A program made the translations under genes and the position numbers. Of a stretch of DNA of 64,000 nucleotides, positions 38,291 to 50,020 are shown piece by piece. The notes beneath the pieces are model-generated. The model worked only from the letters and a program-made list of their open reading frames with translations. It did not search any database and was not told the origin of the DNA. This DNA comes from Rhynchobatus australiae. Its lineage: Eukaryota. The DNA lies in assembly GCA_034780895.1 (NCBI GenBank), contig JAUZTB010000094.1:2965297-3029296 (forward strand), in the 5' to 3' direction. The first letter of the stretch is position 1. The number at the start of each line of letters is the position of its first letter.

Positions 38291-39171
38291 AAGTAACTTT
38301 AATTTTGTGTGAGGACTCACAAAACAGATGCAATTGGCAGAAACTCGCTTTGATGTTAACTGAATCTGGCTTCTCTTGTGGACAGGGCTATTTTCCAGTG
38401 TGATTTTTCTAAACTAAAATGAAAGATTACAGAATGGAAATTTGCAACACAGAAAACTGCATATGAAGTTTCTCAATTTTGGCACTAGCATGGCTGATTT
38501 GCAAGCAAAAAGTATACCTCGAAGTGTTAAGTTTATTTACCTCAGTCACCAAAGTTACCAGAAAACAGTGGGACTATAATAGATGGCTAAACACTCCCAG
38601 AGTACAAGGACAACAGGAAATGTACATTTTAAACATTCACTTTCCCTTCAACATTAGGGAAGAAAAGTTAAGTTCAGAGCTGCACGGCGTAGTTATAACA
38701 GCTGAAGGTGAGTGGATTATAAAACAAACATGTGAAAAAGTGCTTTATCTCAAAGAATTAAACCCTTTATATAAGTAACAGACTTGTATTGTCTGTCTCT
38801 TGATCTACAAGTCTGTGACACAAAGAGAGAAAAAAGGCAACAGAGTGGTAGGTAGAGTGGATAAGAAACGGAGAGAAACCGAATGAATTACAACAATTTT
38901 TCTAAAAAATGAGCAACGCCAAAGGAAATCATAGAAGCTGATAAAATGCTCCCATTCTAAAAATTTCAACAATGGGTTATTGGGACCTTCACTTTCGGTC
39001 TCTGACGCCCAACTATCGCACACTCCGCTCCTCGATCACCTAACACCCAGTCCCACCCGGCGACGGTCCATTACTCCAATACATGGTATTTCGGAAGTGG
39101 CCTCTCGGAAAATAAATTGCATCCGAAAATCAGTAAATAGACGGAGTTAAACCCCATTATTTATAATTCTG

Positions 39172-39823
39172 ATCTTTTATGGTTTATATTTTTCTAGCGA
39201 TATATTTGAGGAGCATGAATCAATCCCTCCGGACTCCAGCTGTTTGCANNNNNNNNNNNNNNNNNNNNNNNNNNNNNNNNNNNNNNNNNNNNNNNNNNNN
39301 NNNNNNNNNNNNNNNNNNNNNNNNNNNNNNNNNNNNNNNNNNNNNNNNNNNNNNNNNNNNNNNNNNNNNNNNNNNNNNNNNNNNNNNNNNNNNNNNNNNN
39401 NNNNNNNNNNNNNNNNNNNNNNNNNNNNNNNNNNNNNNNNNNNNNNNNNNNNNNNNNNNNNNNNNNNNNNNNNNNNNNNNNNNNNNNNNNNNNNNNNNNN
39501 NNNNNNNNNNNNNNNNNNNNNNNNNNNNNNNNNNNNNNNNNNNNNNNNNNNNNNNNNNNNNNNNNNNNNNNNNNNNNNNNNNNNNNNNNNNNNNNNNNNN
39601 NNNNNNNNNNNNNNNNNNNNNNNNNNNNNNNNNNNNNNNNNNNNNNNNNNNNNNNNNNNNNNNNNNNNNNNNNNNNNNNNNNNNNNNNNNNNNNNNNNNN
39701 NNNNNNNNNNNNNNNNNNNNNNNNNNNNNNNNNNNNNNNNNNNNNNGAAAAATGCAAAGACATCGCTTTTGACAGCCCAAATCAAAATAGCAAAAAAACA
39801 AACCCAATTGGAATATGCGTCAC
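39172..39823. repeat. Unresolved duplicated element, copy 2 (77-bp flanks around a 498-N gap)
   Basis: Identical flanks to 18845-19603 in the same orientation; similarity stops abruptly outside them. Confidence 0.9.
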
Positions 39824-40399
39824 CGCTCGTGTGACTACCTATCTCTATTGTAACAGAAGTTTTAGTGCACAGAACAGAAATGCTGGGTATTTTTAAAATG
39901 CTGACAGATTAGAAACTGTTGATGTTCAAAGGAACTTTGCTGCTCTTGTATACAACATAAGAACTAGAAGTCTCAGAACAAGGAGTACCCTTTAGTACGA
40001 AAACGAGAAGAAATATCTTCATTTGTAGGGTTTTGGACGCGCAGTCGTTGTGTTCATTCAAAACAGATCGATAGATTTCAAGATCATAAGTGAATACATC
40101 AAAACTGATAATCCGCTGTCCAACTATTCAGAAATCCCGATGGTTCGGCTTCTAATCCACCAGGTAACGTTTGTCGCTCTACGTTTTCACTCACTGAGGC
40201 CCTGATTCTCCTGTCCTCTCTTTCATTCACTGGGCTGCAGTTCCTTTGCTCCCACTCACTGGGGCCCCGGTTCCTGGGGTCCCTTTCAATTTACCTGATT
40301 CCCTGGAAAATTTTAGTACTGTGTAACATCTTTAAAAACTGAATTGAAAGAGTGTTGAGATAATTAATAGATATCACATCCAGTAGTACAGAAATCCTC

Positions 40400-40745
40400 T
40401 CAAAATGCTGTTGGAACTCAGCAGGTTCCTCCAGCATTTTGGGTGTTGGTCCAGCATCTGCAGAATCTCCTGAGTGTCTAGAAATCCTCCCAGCCTCTTT
40501 AACTATTTCCTCCCTTACCTCCCCCCACCTGACTCCATATGCCTATCACCCCCTCCTCACCTGGACCCACCTATCACCTGCCAGCTCTTGCGTCACCCTT
40601 CTCTTCCAGTCCAGATGAAGGGTCTCAACCCGAAATGTCGACCTTCTATTTCCCTCCACAAATGCTGCCTGACCCACTGAATTCTTCCAGCAATTCCTGT
40701 TTTTTTTGTTCCAGATTCCAGCATCTGCAGTCTATTTGTGTCTCA
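40400..40745 (+). mobile_element. Penelope-type terminal repeat with degenerate hammerhead core
   Basis: cagtccagatgaagggtctcaacccgaaatgtcgac, then atgctgcctgaccc...ccagattccagcatctgcag. Confidence 0.7.
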
Positions 40746-41009
40746 AGTCTGGAAAAGCTGCTACTCCAGCACTAACAAAGTCCTGAGTGTACTGAATTAT
40801 CAGAGTTTTACTGAATGCAGTGCAGGGAAATGGAGCTGAGATCTTGATGAATGGTCGAGCAGAGTCAAAGGGCTGGCTAGCCTAATCCTGCTTCTTGTTC
40901 TTATGATCTTATGAGTTTGTCTCTGTGGTGAATGCCACATTAGGAATAATCTAAAATCAAAAATTGCAGGCAGTGAGAATCTGAAATGAAAGCAGAAATA
41001 AAAATAGCC

Positions 41010-41440
41010 ATCTGTGGTAGAGAATTCCACGGGTTCACCACCCTCAGAGTGAAGACCTTTCTCTTAGTTTCAGTCCTAACTAAACTGTGACTCCTCATTC
41101 CAAACACCCCCAGCCAAAGAAAACATCTTCCCTGTATTTATACTGTCAAGCCCTGCCAGAATTTTATATATTTCAATGAGATTTCTTGTCATTCTTCTGA
41201 ACTGCAGTGTATACAGGCCTAGGCAACCCAATCCCTTCTCACGGGACAGTCCTGCCATCCCAGGAGTCAGTTTGGGGACCTTCACTACACACCCTCAACA
41301 GCAAGTATAATCTTTCTTAGATAAAGAGACCAAAACTGGACACTATACTCCAGGTATGGCCTCACCAAACACCTGTATAATTGTAGTTATACATCCTTTC
41401 TCCTGTGCTCAAAATCTCTTGTAATGAAGGCCAACATACT
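41010..41440 (-). mobile_element. CR1-clade LINE fragment
   Basis: Minus peptide PGMAGLSREKGLGCLGLYTLQFRRMTRNLIEIYKILAGLD. Confidence 0.85.
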
Positions 41441-42099
41441 ACTTGGATTTAAGATCAACCTGAAATAAAAGCAGCCCTCAGGCAAGAATCCATAATCTTT
41501 TGAGGCATCATAGTTGAAAGGGGAATGTTTTTTCTGATGCAGTCAATGTGCACCTGATAAATGTGGGTGCATTTGTGTGTATGCAACTAACTCATGTGAA
41601 TATTTGATACAAGGACATCATCATGTGCGACAGAAACACCTTAATTGTTGTTAGTCTGCAAGAAAGTGCACACTCATGTTCTCAAAGTCTAGATCATTAA
41701 AACTTACTGGCACTACAAGACAGGGTAAATATGCAGGTGGGTATAATGGGTGGCATGGACACAGTGGGCTGACGGACCAGTTTCTGTGCTGTACAAGTCT
41801 ATGACTATGACTGGCTCAACAACTACCTCCAAATACACTTCAGTGGAAAAGTTACAAGGCTACATACAGTGACAGATCTCTGGTCATTTCTTGGGTGGAG
41901 CAGTTGGGATAACAGCTCCCCTGTACTGCCATCTGCAGGGCATTTCAAGTAAGGAAGACACTGCTTAAAAATTGGGACTCTGAATCTTATGCAGCCTCTG
42001 GCCTTGCTAAACCTAATTCATCAAAACCTTTCATGAAGGAAGTAGCATATCAGAATGTTGTATAGTCATGGTAGTGATAAAAGATTATTACAGTGAAGC

Positions 42100-42505
42100 C
42101 ACATTGTTCACATACCCGACACCAGACTCCGGAAACAGACACTCTGTTCAGAGTTGTTGTCAGAACATGTTACCAGGTAGACAGAAAAAGATTCAAAGAT
42201 ACACTCAAAGCTTCCATGAAGAAATGCAACATCACCATCAACTTCTGGGAACCTCTGGTCCATGACCATTCAAAGTGGGGGAGGAGCATTCAGGATGGTA
42301 TTGGGAACCTTGAGGCCATATATTGGGAGCACAAAGGAGCCCTGTGTAAGTGGTGGAAGGAGAGCACCACCTCTCACTTGTCTACCCCATCTATTGGAAG
42401 AGTCTGTGGATCCCACGTTGGCCTCATCAGCCACCTCAAAACCAACAGAACTGGAGTGGAAGCAAGTCATCCTCAATCTTGAAGGGCTGCTCAGAAAGAG
42501 GAAGG
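42100..42505 (+). mobile_element. RTE-clade LINE 3' fragment
   Basis: RKRFKDTLKASMKKCNI...W...CGSHVGLISHLKT is typical of the RTE C-terminus. Confidence 0.85.
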
Positions 42506-43589
42506 TTATACTAGAGTGGGAGATTTCCCAATTTCTAACAATTGCAAAATTAGAATCATACTATTTTGCAGTCCCACAAATATCAGTTGGCAAGTGAGTT
42601 GCAAAATGGAGGAGCCTTGTGCATGTGCAAGTTGGAGGAGGTAGGATGGATGAGTACATTAAAAATCACACTACTATTCAGATATATGTGGATAAATCTG
42701 TGTTTAGGAACAAAGGTAGGGCCATACTAATGCTGCCTGCTGGATTCCATATGTGCTGTTATTACTCTGCTTAGGAAACTGGTTATTTTTATCCTCCCAG
42801 GCCTGCAGACCAACTCTGGTAGGTTCACTATTTGTGAATGTGGTAGGTTGCAGTATCAACAGATCCATCTGCAAACTCAATACATGACTAAGACTGAATA
42901 GATGCTGAAAATATGACACAGTACCCTGAAGTCCAAGCTGTGGTCTATTATGCAAGTCCACATTCACTGAAGGCAGCAATGTACTACTTGCAACTGCTGG
43001 ACGAAAACCTGGAACGTGCACCAAAATTTTTTTGCTAAATTCATTCCCGAATTCCAAACATTGAAGAATGAGAAAGTCTGCTTCATGTTGAACGGTTGTA
43101 GATGTAGGTTAAGAATGTATGAGAAATACTTTCGGATGTACCATCTGAATTAATTGCTTTTTACTACAGTCAGTGTACGTGTCTACAAATGTCAACCTAG
43201 CCACACCTGAATCTGCATATTATACTGAAAATATTCATTTATCTCCTGCCTCATCTTTGCATCTTCTTCATCTAACCTGTTTCTATACCACTATATCTCC
43301 AAAATTATCTGTACCAATAGGTAACTAAACTTTTTCCTCTAGCTTAAAGTTTGAAATTATAACTGCTAGAAATTGTATTTTTTCTTATTGCAGCTTCTAG
43401 AGTTCAGAATCTATTTTCCACCAAGTGACGGTACTGGGCTTTTCAACCATCTTCTATAGTGTTGCTTATCGTCTTCCACCAGCAGTCTGAATGCCCTAAC
43501 AATTCCTATTGATCTATCATCAATTAAGATCGGATGTACAAGGTAAAGATTTGTGTGGGGTGGGAGTGTAGATGTATTAAAAGGAAAAT

Positions 43590-44645
43590 TGAAACTAATT
43601 CAGTAGAGTTTTCTGATTAAGTAACATAGAAGATCAATAAAGAAAATGTAGTTAATGTGGCATATATGGACTTCCAAAAGGCATTTGATAAGCTATTACA
43701 TTATAGGTTTGTCAACAAGACTGAATAAAAGGGGATTTAGCAAAATGGATATAAAATTGATAAGAGCAAACAGTTGAAAAGTTATTTCTCCGACTGGAGG
43801 GAAGTGTACAGCAGAGTTCCACAGGAGTCAGACCATTGCTTTTCTAATGCATATTAATGATTCAGACATTGATGTACAGAATGCAGTTTCCAAAACTGCA
43901 GATGACACAAAATTTGGAGGTGTAGTGAATTGTGAGAATGATAGTAATAGACTTCAATGAGATATAGACTGGTGAAATTGGTAGCTGCTGAAATTTAAAG
44001 TGGAGAAATAGTAAGAACAATTGGAAGTAGTAATATAAACTAGAGAGTACAATTGTAAAAGGTGCACTAGAACAGAGAGATTGGTGGGTAAATGTACATA
44101 ATTCATCAATAGTAGAAGGTAAGGCTGAAAAAGTGATCAAGGCTTTATAAACAGAGGCAGAGTACAAAAGCAAGGAAGTCACGATGAACATTTATAAAAC
44201 AGTGGTTCAGCTGCTTATAGAGCATTATGTCTGGTCTGTCATAATTTAGGAATGATGTGAAGGGCTCAGAGAATGCAAAAGAGATTTAACAAAATGATTC
44301 CAGGGATGAAGGACTTTAGTTAAGTGCATGGACTGGAGTAGGTGCAGCTGCCCTTAGAATAGAGGAGATCAAGAGGGGAATCTGATAGAGGTATTTAAAA
44401 TAATGAAGGGTGTATACAGAGTGGATACAGGGAAACTATTCCATTGGCAGTGAGTGGTTAGAGTCTGGAGTGCATGCCAGGATTAGTAGTGGAGGCAAAT
44501 TAAATTGTGACATTCTAAAAAGAGACCCAGACAAGCATCCGAAAGGAATTTGCAGGGTCATGGGAGTGGGACCAGCTGGATTGTTCTTACATAAAGCTAG
44601 TATGGACTTTATATGCTGAATGGCCTTCTTGTGCTGTATCCATTC
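43590..44645 (+). mobile_element. CR1-clade LINE 3' fragment (degenerate RT and 3' tail)
   Basis: Translates YMDFQKAFDKL, VPQES and ADDTKFGG; tail gctgaatggccttcttgtgctgtatc. Confidence 0.85.
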
Positions 44646-45084
44646 TGTGATGCTGCGAGATCAAGTCAGAGCAAATTTCCATCTCTCCTTGCACTCTTCT
44701 GGANNNNNNNNNNNNNNNNNNNNNNNNNNNNNNNNNNNNNNNNNNNNNNNNNNNNNNNNNNNNNNNNNNNNNNNNNNNNNNNNNNNNNNNNNNNNNNNNN
44801 NNNNNNNNNNNNNNNNNNNNNNNNNNNNNNNNNNNNNNNNNNNNNNNNNNNNNNNNNNNNNNNNNNNNNNNNNNNNNNNNNNNNNNNNNNNNNNNNNNNN
44901 NNNNNNNNNNNNNNNNNNNNNNNNNNNNNNNNNNNNNNNNNNNNNNNNNNNNNNNNNNNNNNNNNNNNNNNNNNNNNNNNNNNNNNNNNNNNNNNNNNNN
45001 NNNNNNNNNNNNNNNNNNNNNNNNNNNNNNNNNNNNNNNNNNNNNNNNNNNNNNNNNNNNNNNNNNNNNNNNNNNNNNNNNNCA

Positions 45085-45262
45085 GGCAATTTGGTACTGG
45101 CAGGGAATTCTAAGCCAACATTTCACCTGAAAGATGGGCAATCTCTACTGTGAATACTCCCTTGGTACCGCAATGAAGACTTAGATTCCAATCTATGGAG
45201 TGAAGCTTTAACCTATAACCTTTAACTCAGAGATTAGGGTGCAACCCTCTGAACCACAGTTG
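45085..45262 (-). mobile_element. Deu-domain SINE remnant
   Basis: cacctgaaagatggg...tactcccttggtaccgcaatg...taactcagag. Confidence 0.5.
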
Positions 45263-47501
45263 GCACAACAGCTTGGAAAGACGACAACTGGCCAATGATT
45301 CACTTTTGCTCATTTTGTGTCAGTGCCCAAACGTCCACTTTTACCGCACATACCAGGTCACAGGCTTGAGCTGTGGTACTTTCACTCACCTGAAATTCAT
45401 TGGTTACAATTTAATATACCGTCACGACTTCTTGCTGCCACTGCATCCAGTTTCTATTTGCTTTCCTTTTCATCTTTATTTTGTTGACATCAAGGTTCCT
45501 TGCATTTGACTTCTTGTTTTGCAACTTCCATTTTAAGCCCCCTCACTGGAGTGCAGACAATTCTTCTTCTGCAATAGTCCAGCAAGCTAATTCTAGTTCT
45601 CTATCCAAAGGCATTAGAGCCCATGCAGAGTTTCCAATACTTTATTTCCACCCATTTTTATGATGATTCAGACTTCTGTAAATATTTTGTTACATCCATT
45701 GCAAATGCCAGCACTTCCTGTGAACTGAATGGAGGCTTTGAGTGCAAAGTAATCAGGGATTGTAGTCTCTTGGCACACAATAATCCAATTTAATTTTGGA
45801 TTGCATTGCAGGAATTTCAATTGCATGCACCTGTCAATTGAGATTATTAACAGTAGTCATACTAGACACTTACGACAGACAAAATTATCAAATGTTTATT
45901 TGCTCAGAGTCATTCAAAGAAATGAGCAAAACATAAATTGTTGAAGTCACAGCAAATAATGTGGCAACCCTATCAGTTCAGAGTTAAACAGCCGATTTGG
46001 TTCCTTTGAGTGTCTTTCTGCACAAATCTATTAAGGAGAGGCACTTCTTTTCAAAAACAAACAACAAGCTACATAATACATACTGAAAAGCATATCAAAG
46101 TCCACCTGTAAAGTGATACCTGTACTAAAATCACATCAAGTCTCCCCTTACTTGTGACAACTGTCTCCACCATTATTGGTTTTCCAAACACATACAATGC
46201 TGGTAATCAATAGCATTGGCTTGCCTGGCTCTGGATGCACTTCATGCATAGTGAAAAAACATCCAACTTCCTATCATGCAGTTGTGGAAGCCATTTTGAC
46301 TGTGACATTGCTAAAATATCGTTGTTTTCAGCTAGTTGAGTGTGCATTTAAGTTACAAACAAAATAATCCTAATTGTCACAGTATCCTTGCTTACCAATA
46401 ATAATGGACACTGAATGAAATTAGACAGGATTATACTTACAATGGGACAAAACTTGATTTCTATGCCTGTTGGCATCTTTCAATTTTAAAACATTTAGGT
46501 TTATTTTCCCAGTATAAGTCCAATAAGAATTTTAGGAAAATTTAAAAATCAATATTTCAAATTGCTAAATTAGAACCAAATTTGTTTATTTTGCTGTAAT
46601 GTTTTTGCCTCAGATTGTCTAATTTTGAGCAGGCTTATGGTCAATAGAGGTAGCTTTTGACTGTCTAGTCACGCAGATATTTGAGCAAATCAACAATGGC
46701 AAGCTTGGCAGATTAAACTTATTTGACCTTATACATTTAAAGTGTCATAGGCACAACATACAATTTCAAGTATGGTACATACACATATAGCATATATATT
46801 ATAATATATATATGTGGGACTGAGGATTCAAGTTTTTTTTCTTTTAAAAAAAACATTATTCCATGATATGCACAGTGACTGAATAAAGCAAATTCGATAT
46901 TTCTTGCATGATATTGTATGATTTTTTTAAAACAGGATTTGGGGATTTACAATACAAAACAGTTTAATTTTCTGTGAAACTTTAAATTAGTGACTTTCTT
47001 TATTCTACATTGCCAATGATTGGTCTTTATACATATTCTTTTACTCATCTATTTGATTTTGAACCCTCAAGATTATTTAAAATTGAAGTGATACAGCAAC
47101 ATGGGTAACAAAATGTAACAGGGTGAGATAGATCCCTGCTGTTTAATAATGCATGGATTGTNNNNNNNNNNNNNNNNNNNNNNNNNNNNNNNNNNNNNNN
47201 NNNNNNNNNNNNNNNNNNNNNNNNNNNNNNNNNNNNNNNNNNNNNNNNNNNNNNNNNNNNNGGATTGTTGGGATCTTGAAATATCGTAGCAGCCTTCCAA
47301 GGATTTTGGCTGCAGAAATTCTGTCAATTCACTGGATCAATTCCAAATGAATTTGGAAAACTAGTGTACCAAAAAAAAAACAAAGAACAAAAAATACACA
47401 AAAATAATGAAAAATGTGCATTGTATACCTACATAGAATATTTCAGTTTTAAAGAATGGCGAGAATTGGGGTTATGGATAAAACCTACAGAAAAATTAGA
47501 G

Positions 47502-48015
47502 ATACAGGCCCTCTCCATGTTTTGAACGCTCGACCTATGTACAGCCCATACGTACGAACAAGCAGTTGGGAGACAGGCGGGTGCTGCAGAGCTACAGGTA
47601 AATGTTCTTGACACTAGCTGGAATTTTGCCACATCTAACCCAAGAAGAATACATTCTAGTTAACACATTGATGTCCATTTTGCAAATTCTATCCAGAGTC
47701 ACGCCGTCCATGCCAGCAGTGGCGTGTTTTTTTTAAAGTCAATAGCATTTAAAACCTCGTCTGCATTAAAATCTTTTAAAATTATATTATTAGGACGAGA
47801 TAGGCTTGGGCTAAATTTGTTAATATTAGCTTCATTATTAAGAACGGCAAAACAAGATTTAAAATGCTTTTCCAGACTATCTATTCCTACGGGACGAATC
47901 CCCTCGGCAGGCATCTTCTGCCACGTGGGAGCTCGATTCGTGGCCGCGTTTCCGTCTTGCGAACCGTTCGGGTTACGAACAGTTCTCAGGAACGGAACCC
48001 TACCGTAACCTGCAA
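47502..48015. mobile_element. Tc1/mariner (Tigger-like) non-autonomous DNA transposon
   Basis: CpG-rich ends tacaggccctctcc...gaacgctcgacctatg and gaaccgttcgggttacgaacagttctcaggaacggaaccctaccgtaacc resemble Tigger-type termini, around an AT-rich interior. Confidence 0.55.
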
Positions 48016-49799
48016 CCTGAAAATTGAATCTTCATTTCCCAGAGAGTCAAGCCTTTGAAATGTGTTGTCAGCTTGTCTGAGGCAGAGATCCCACCATGTA
48101 AAAGATTATTTCAACAGTAACCAACACTTGCACAACTCAATGATCTTGTGGACTGGTTTTGATCAGCAGGGTGGGAGAAAAAAGGAAAATGGTGGGCGGG
48201 GGTTAGAGGAGCTTTCCAGGATTTTTTTTTGCTTTCTTGCCTTTCCCAATGTATTAAATAACTGCTGGGTACTAACTTATATTGTTGTGCTGCTCTTGGC
48301 ATCACGAGTGCAGGCTAAAATGAGTGCTCGATAGAACTGGCCTTCCGACAGGCTCGTATGATAACAAAATGGTTCGTGCTATTTCTCTCTACATGGCGAT
48401 CTGCTCCAGTGTAATACTACAATTGTGACATTACGGGAAGCAATTTTCCCTGCTTATCAACTTATCTTCCTGTGCACCAGTTTGCACAGAGCAAGCTCCG
48501 TGAACACATAAATGATACATCATAAAAATGGTTAATGTACAACATTTAATATATTAACAAGGGGGCTCCTGTGATGTCGTACATGGTATAGTAAGGAGAC
48601 TAAAGAGGAAAAAGGAAAAACGTTGAAGATCCTGGGAAAAAAACGTGAAAATAAAACTTAAAAGGGAAATAGTGGTTATATTTTTGTTTTCAAAGAGCTG
48701 TTAAGGGTGAATTAGTGAAAGGCCAGGCCAAGGTTGGGAATATTTGCAGAGCCTGAAAAGTTTTCCCTTGTTAACTGGCAGACAGGACTAGGAACCTGAA
48801 AGTTTTGGTATTAGTATATTATTGTCACTTGTACTTGTACCGACTTTTTGCAAACAAACAGCAGTCTTACAGGGAGGAGCATGTTTTATGGAATTAGATT
48901 GGAGAGAGGAACCTGTTGAAGGATCACTATTTCTCACAAGCTAGGTCAGCGGAGAGTTTACATATTTAAAAAAAAATCCAGGTAGCAAGAGGGCACGGGC
49001 AGGAAATTTAGAATCAAAGTCACAGCATGGAATGTGGGCGAGCTCCCATCAAAAAATGNNNNNNNNNNNNNNNNNNNNNNNNNNNNNNNNNNNNNNNNNN
49101 NNNNNNNNNNNNNNNNNNNNNNNNNNNNNNNNNNNNNNNNNNNNNNNNNNNNNNNNNNNNNNNNNNNNNNNNNNNNNNNNNNNNNNNNNNNNNNNNNNNN
49201 NNNNNNNNNNNNNNNNNNNNNNNNNNNNNNNNNNNNNNNNNNNNNNNNNNNNNNNNNNNNNNNNNNNNNNNNNNNNNNNNNNNNNNNNNNNNNNNNNNNN
49301 NNNNNNNNNNNNNNNNNNNNNNNNNNNNNNNNNNNNNNNNNNNNNNNNNNNNNNNNNNNNNNNNNNNNNNNNNNNNNNNNNNNNNNNNNNNNNNNNNNNN
49401 NNNNNNNNNNNNNNNNNNNNNNNNNNNNNNNNNNNNNNNNNNNNNNNNNNNNNNNNNNNNNNNNNNNNNNNNNNNNNNNNNNNNNNNNNNNNNNNNNNNN
49501 NNNNNNNNNNNNNNNNNNNNNNNNNNNNNNNNNNNNNNNNNNNNNNNNNNNNNNNNNNNNNNNNNNNNNNNNNNNNNNNNNNNNNNNNNNNNNNNNNNNN
49601 NNNNNNNNNNNNNNNNNNNNNNNNNNNNNCCCACACATACCCAACAGATTTCCTCTACTTACTCCACAACAACAAATAAAAGCCAATTCTATTGCACATG
49701 TCAACTTGGATCTTGTGCACAATAAAAGTTTGCTGTTGGGAAGCCCTCAACAAAAGTGACACATCCCACCATGCTGCTTTAACGTGCCTCTTCAAGTGA

Positions 49800-50020
49800 A
49801 AGGTGTTTTTGTGAGGTTGGCTGAGGACACCAGGTAGATCTTCCCAACTCTTCTGTGAAAAACAGTTTGGGATCATTTTTGTCCACGAGAGAGACCAGGC
49901 AGGGCCTTGGTTTTGCACTTCATCCAACAGACAACACATTTGAAACCGCATGGCTTCACTACATTCAACTTAAATCTTAAAAATGGGGCTTTAACCCTTA
50001 CCTGATTTGAGAGCACGAAG
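49800..50020 (-). mobile_element. Deu-domain SINE remnant
   Basis: caggtagatcttcccaactcttctg...gggatcatttttgtccac...gggccttggttt...tcatcc. Confidence 0.5.

Noticed and set aside
46780-46815. (AT)n/(CATA)n low-complexity runs (also ~54695-54730, GA run ~31410, poly-G/C tracts)
   Set aside because: Ordinary microsatellites and homopolymers.
47699-48010. CpG-rich patch as a possible promoter or gene
   Set aside because: Better explained as a Tigger-like transposon end.
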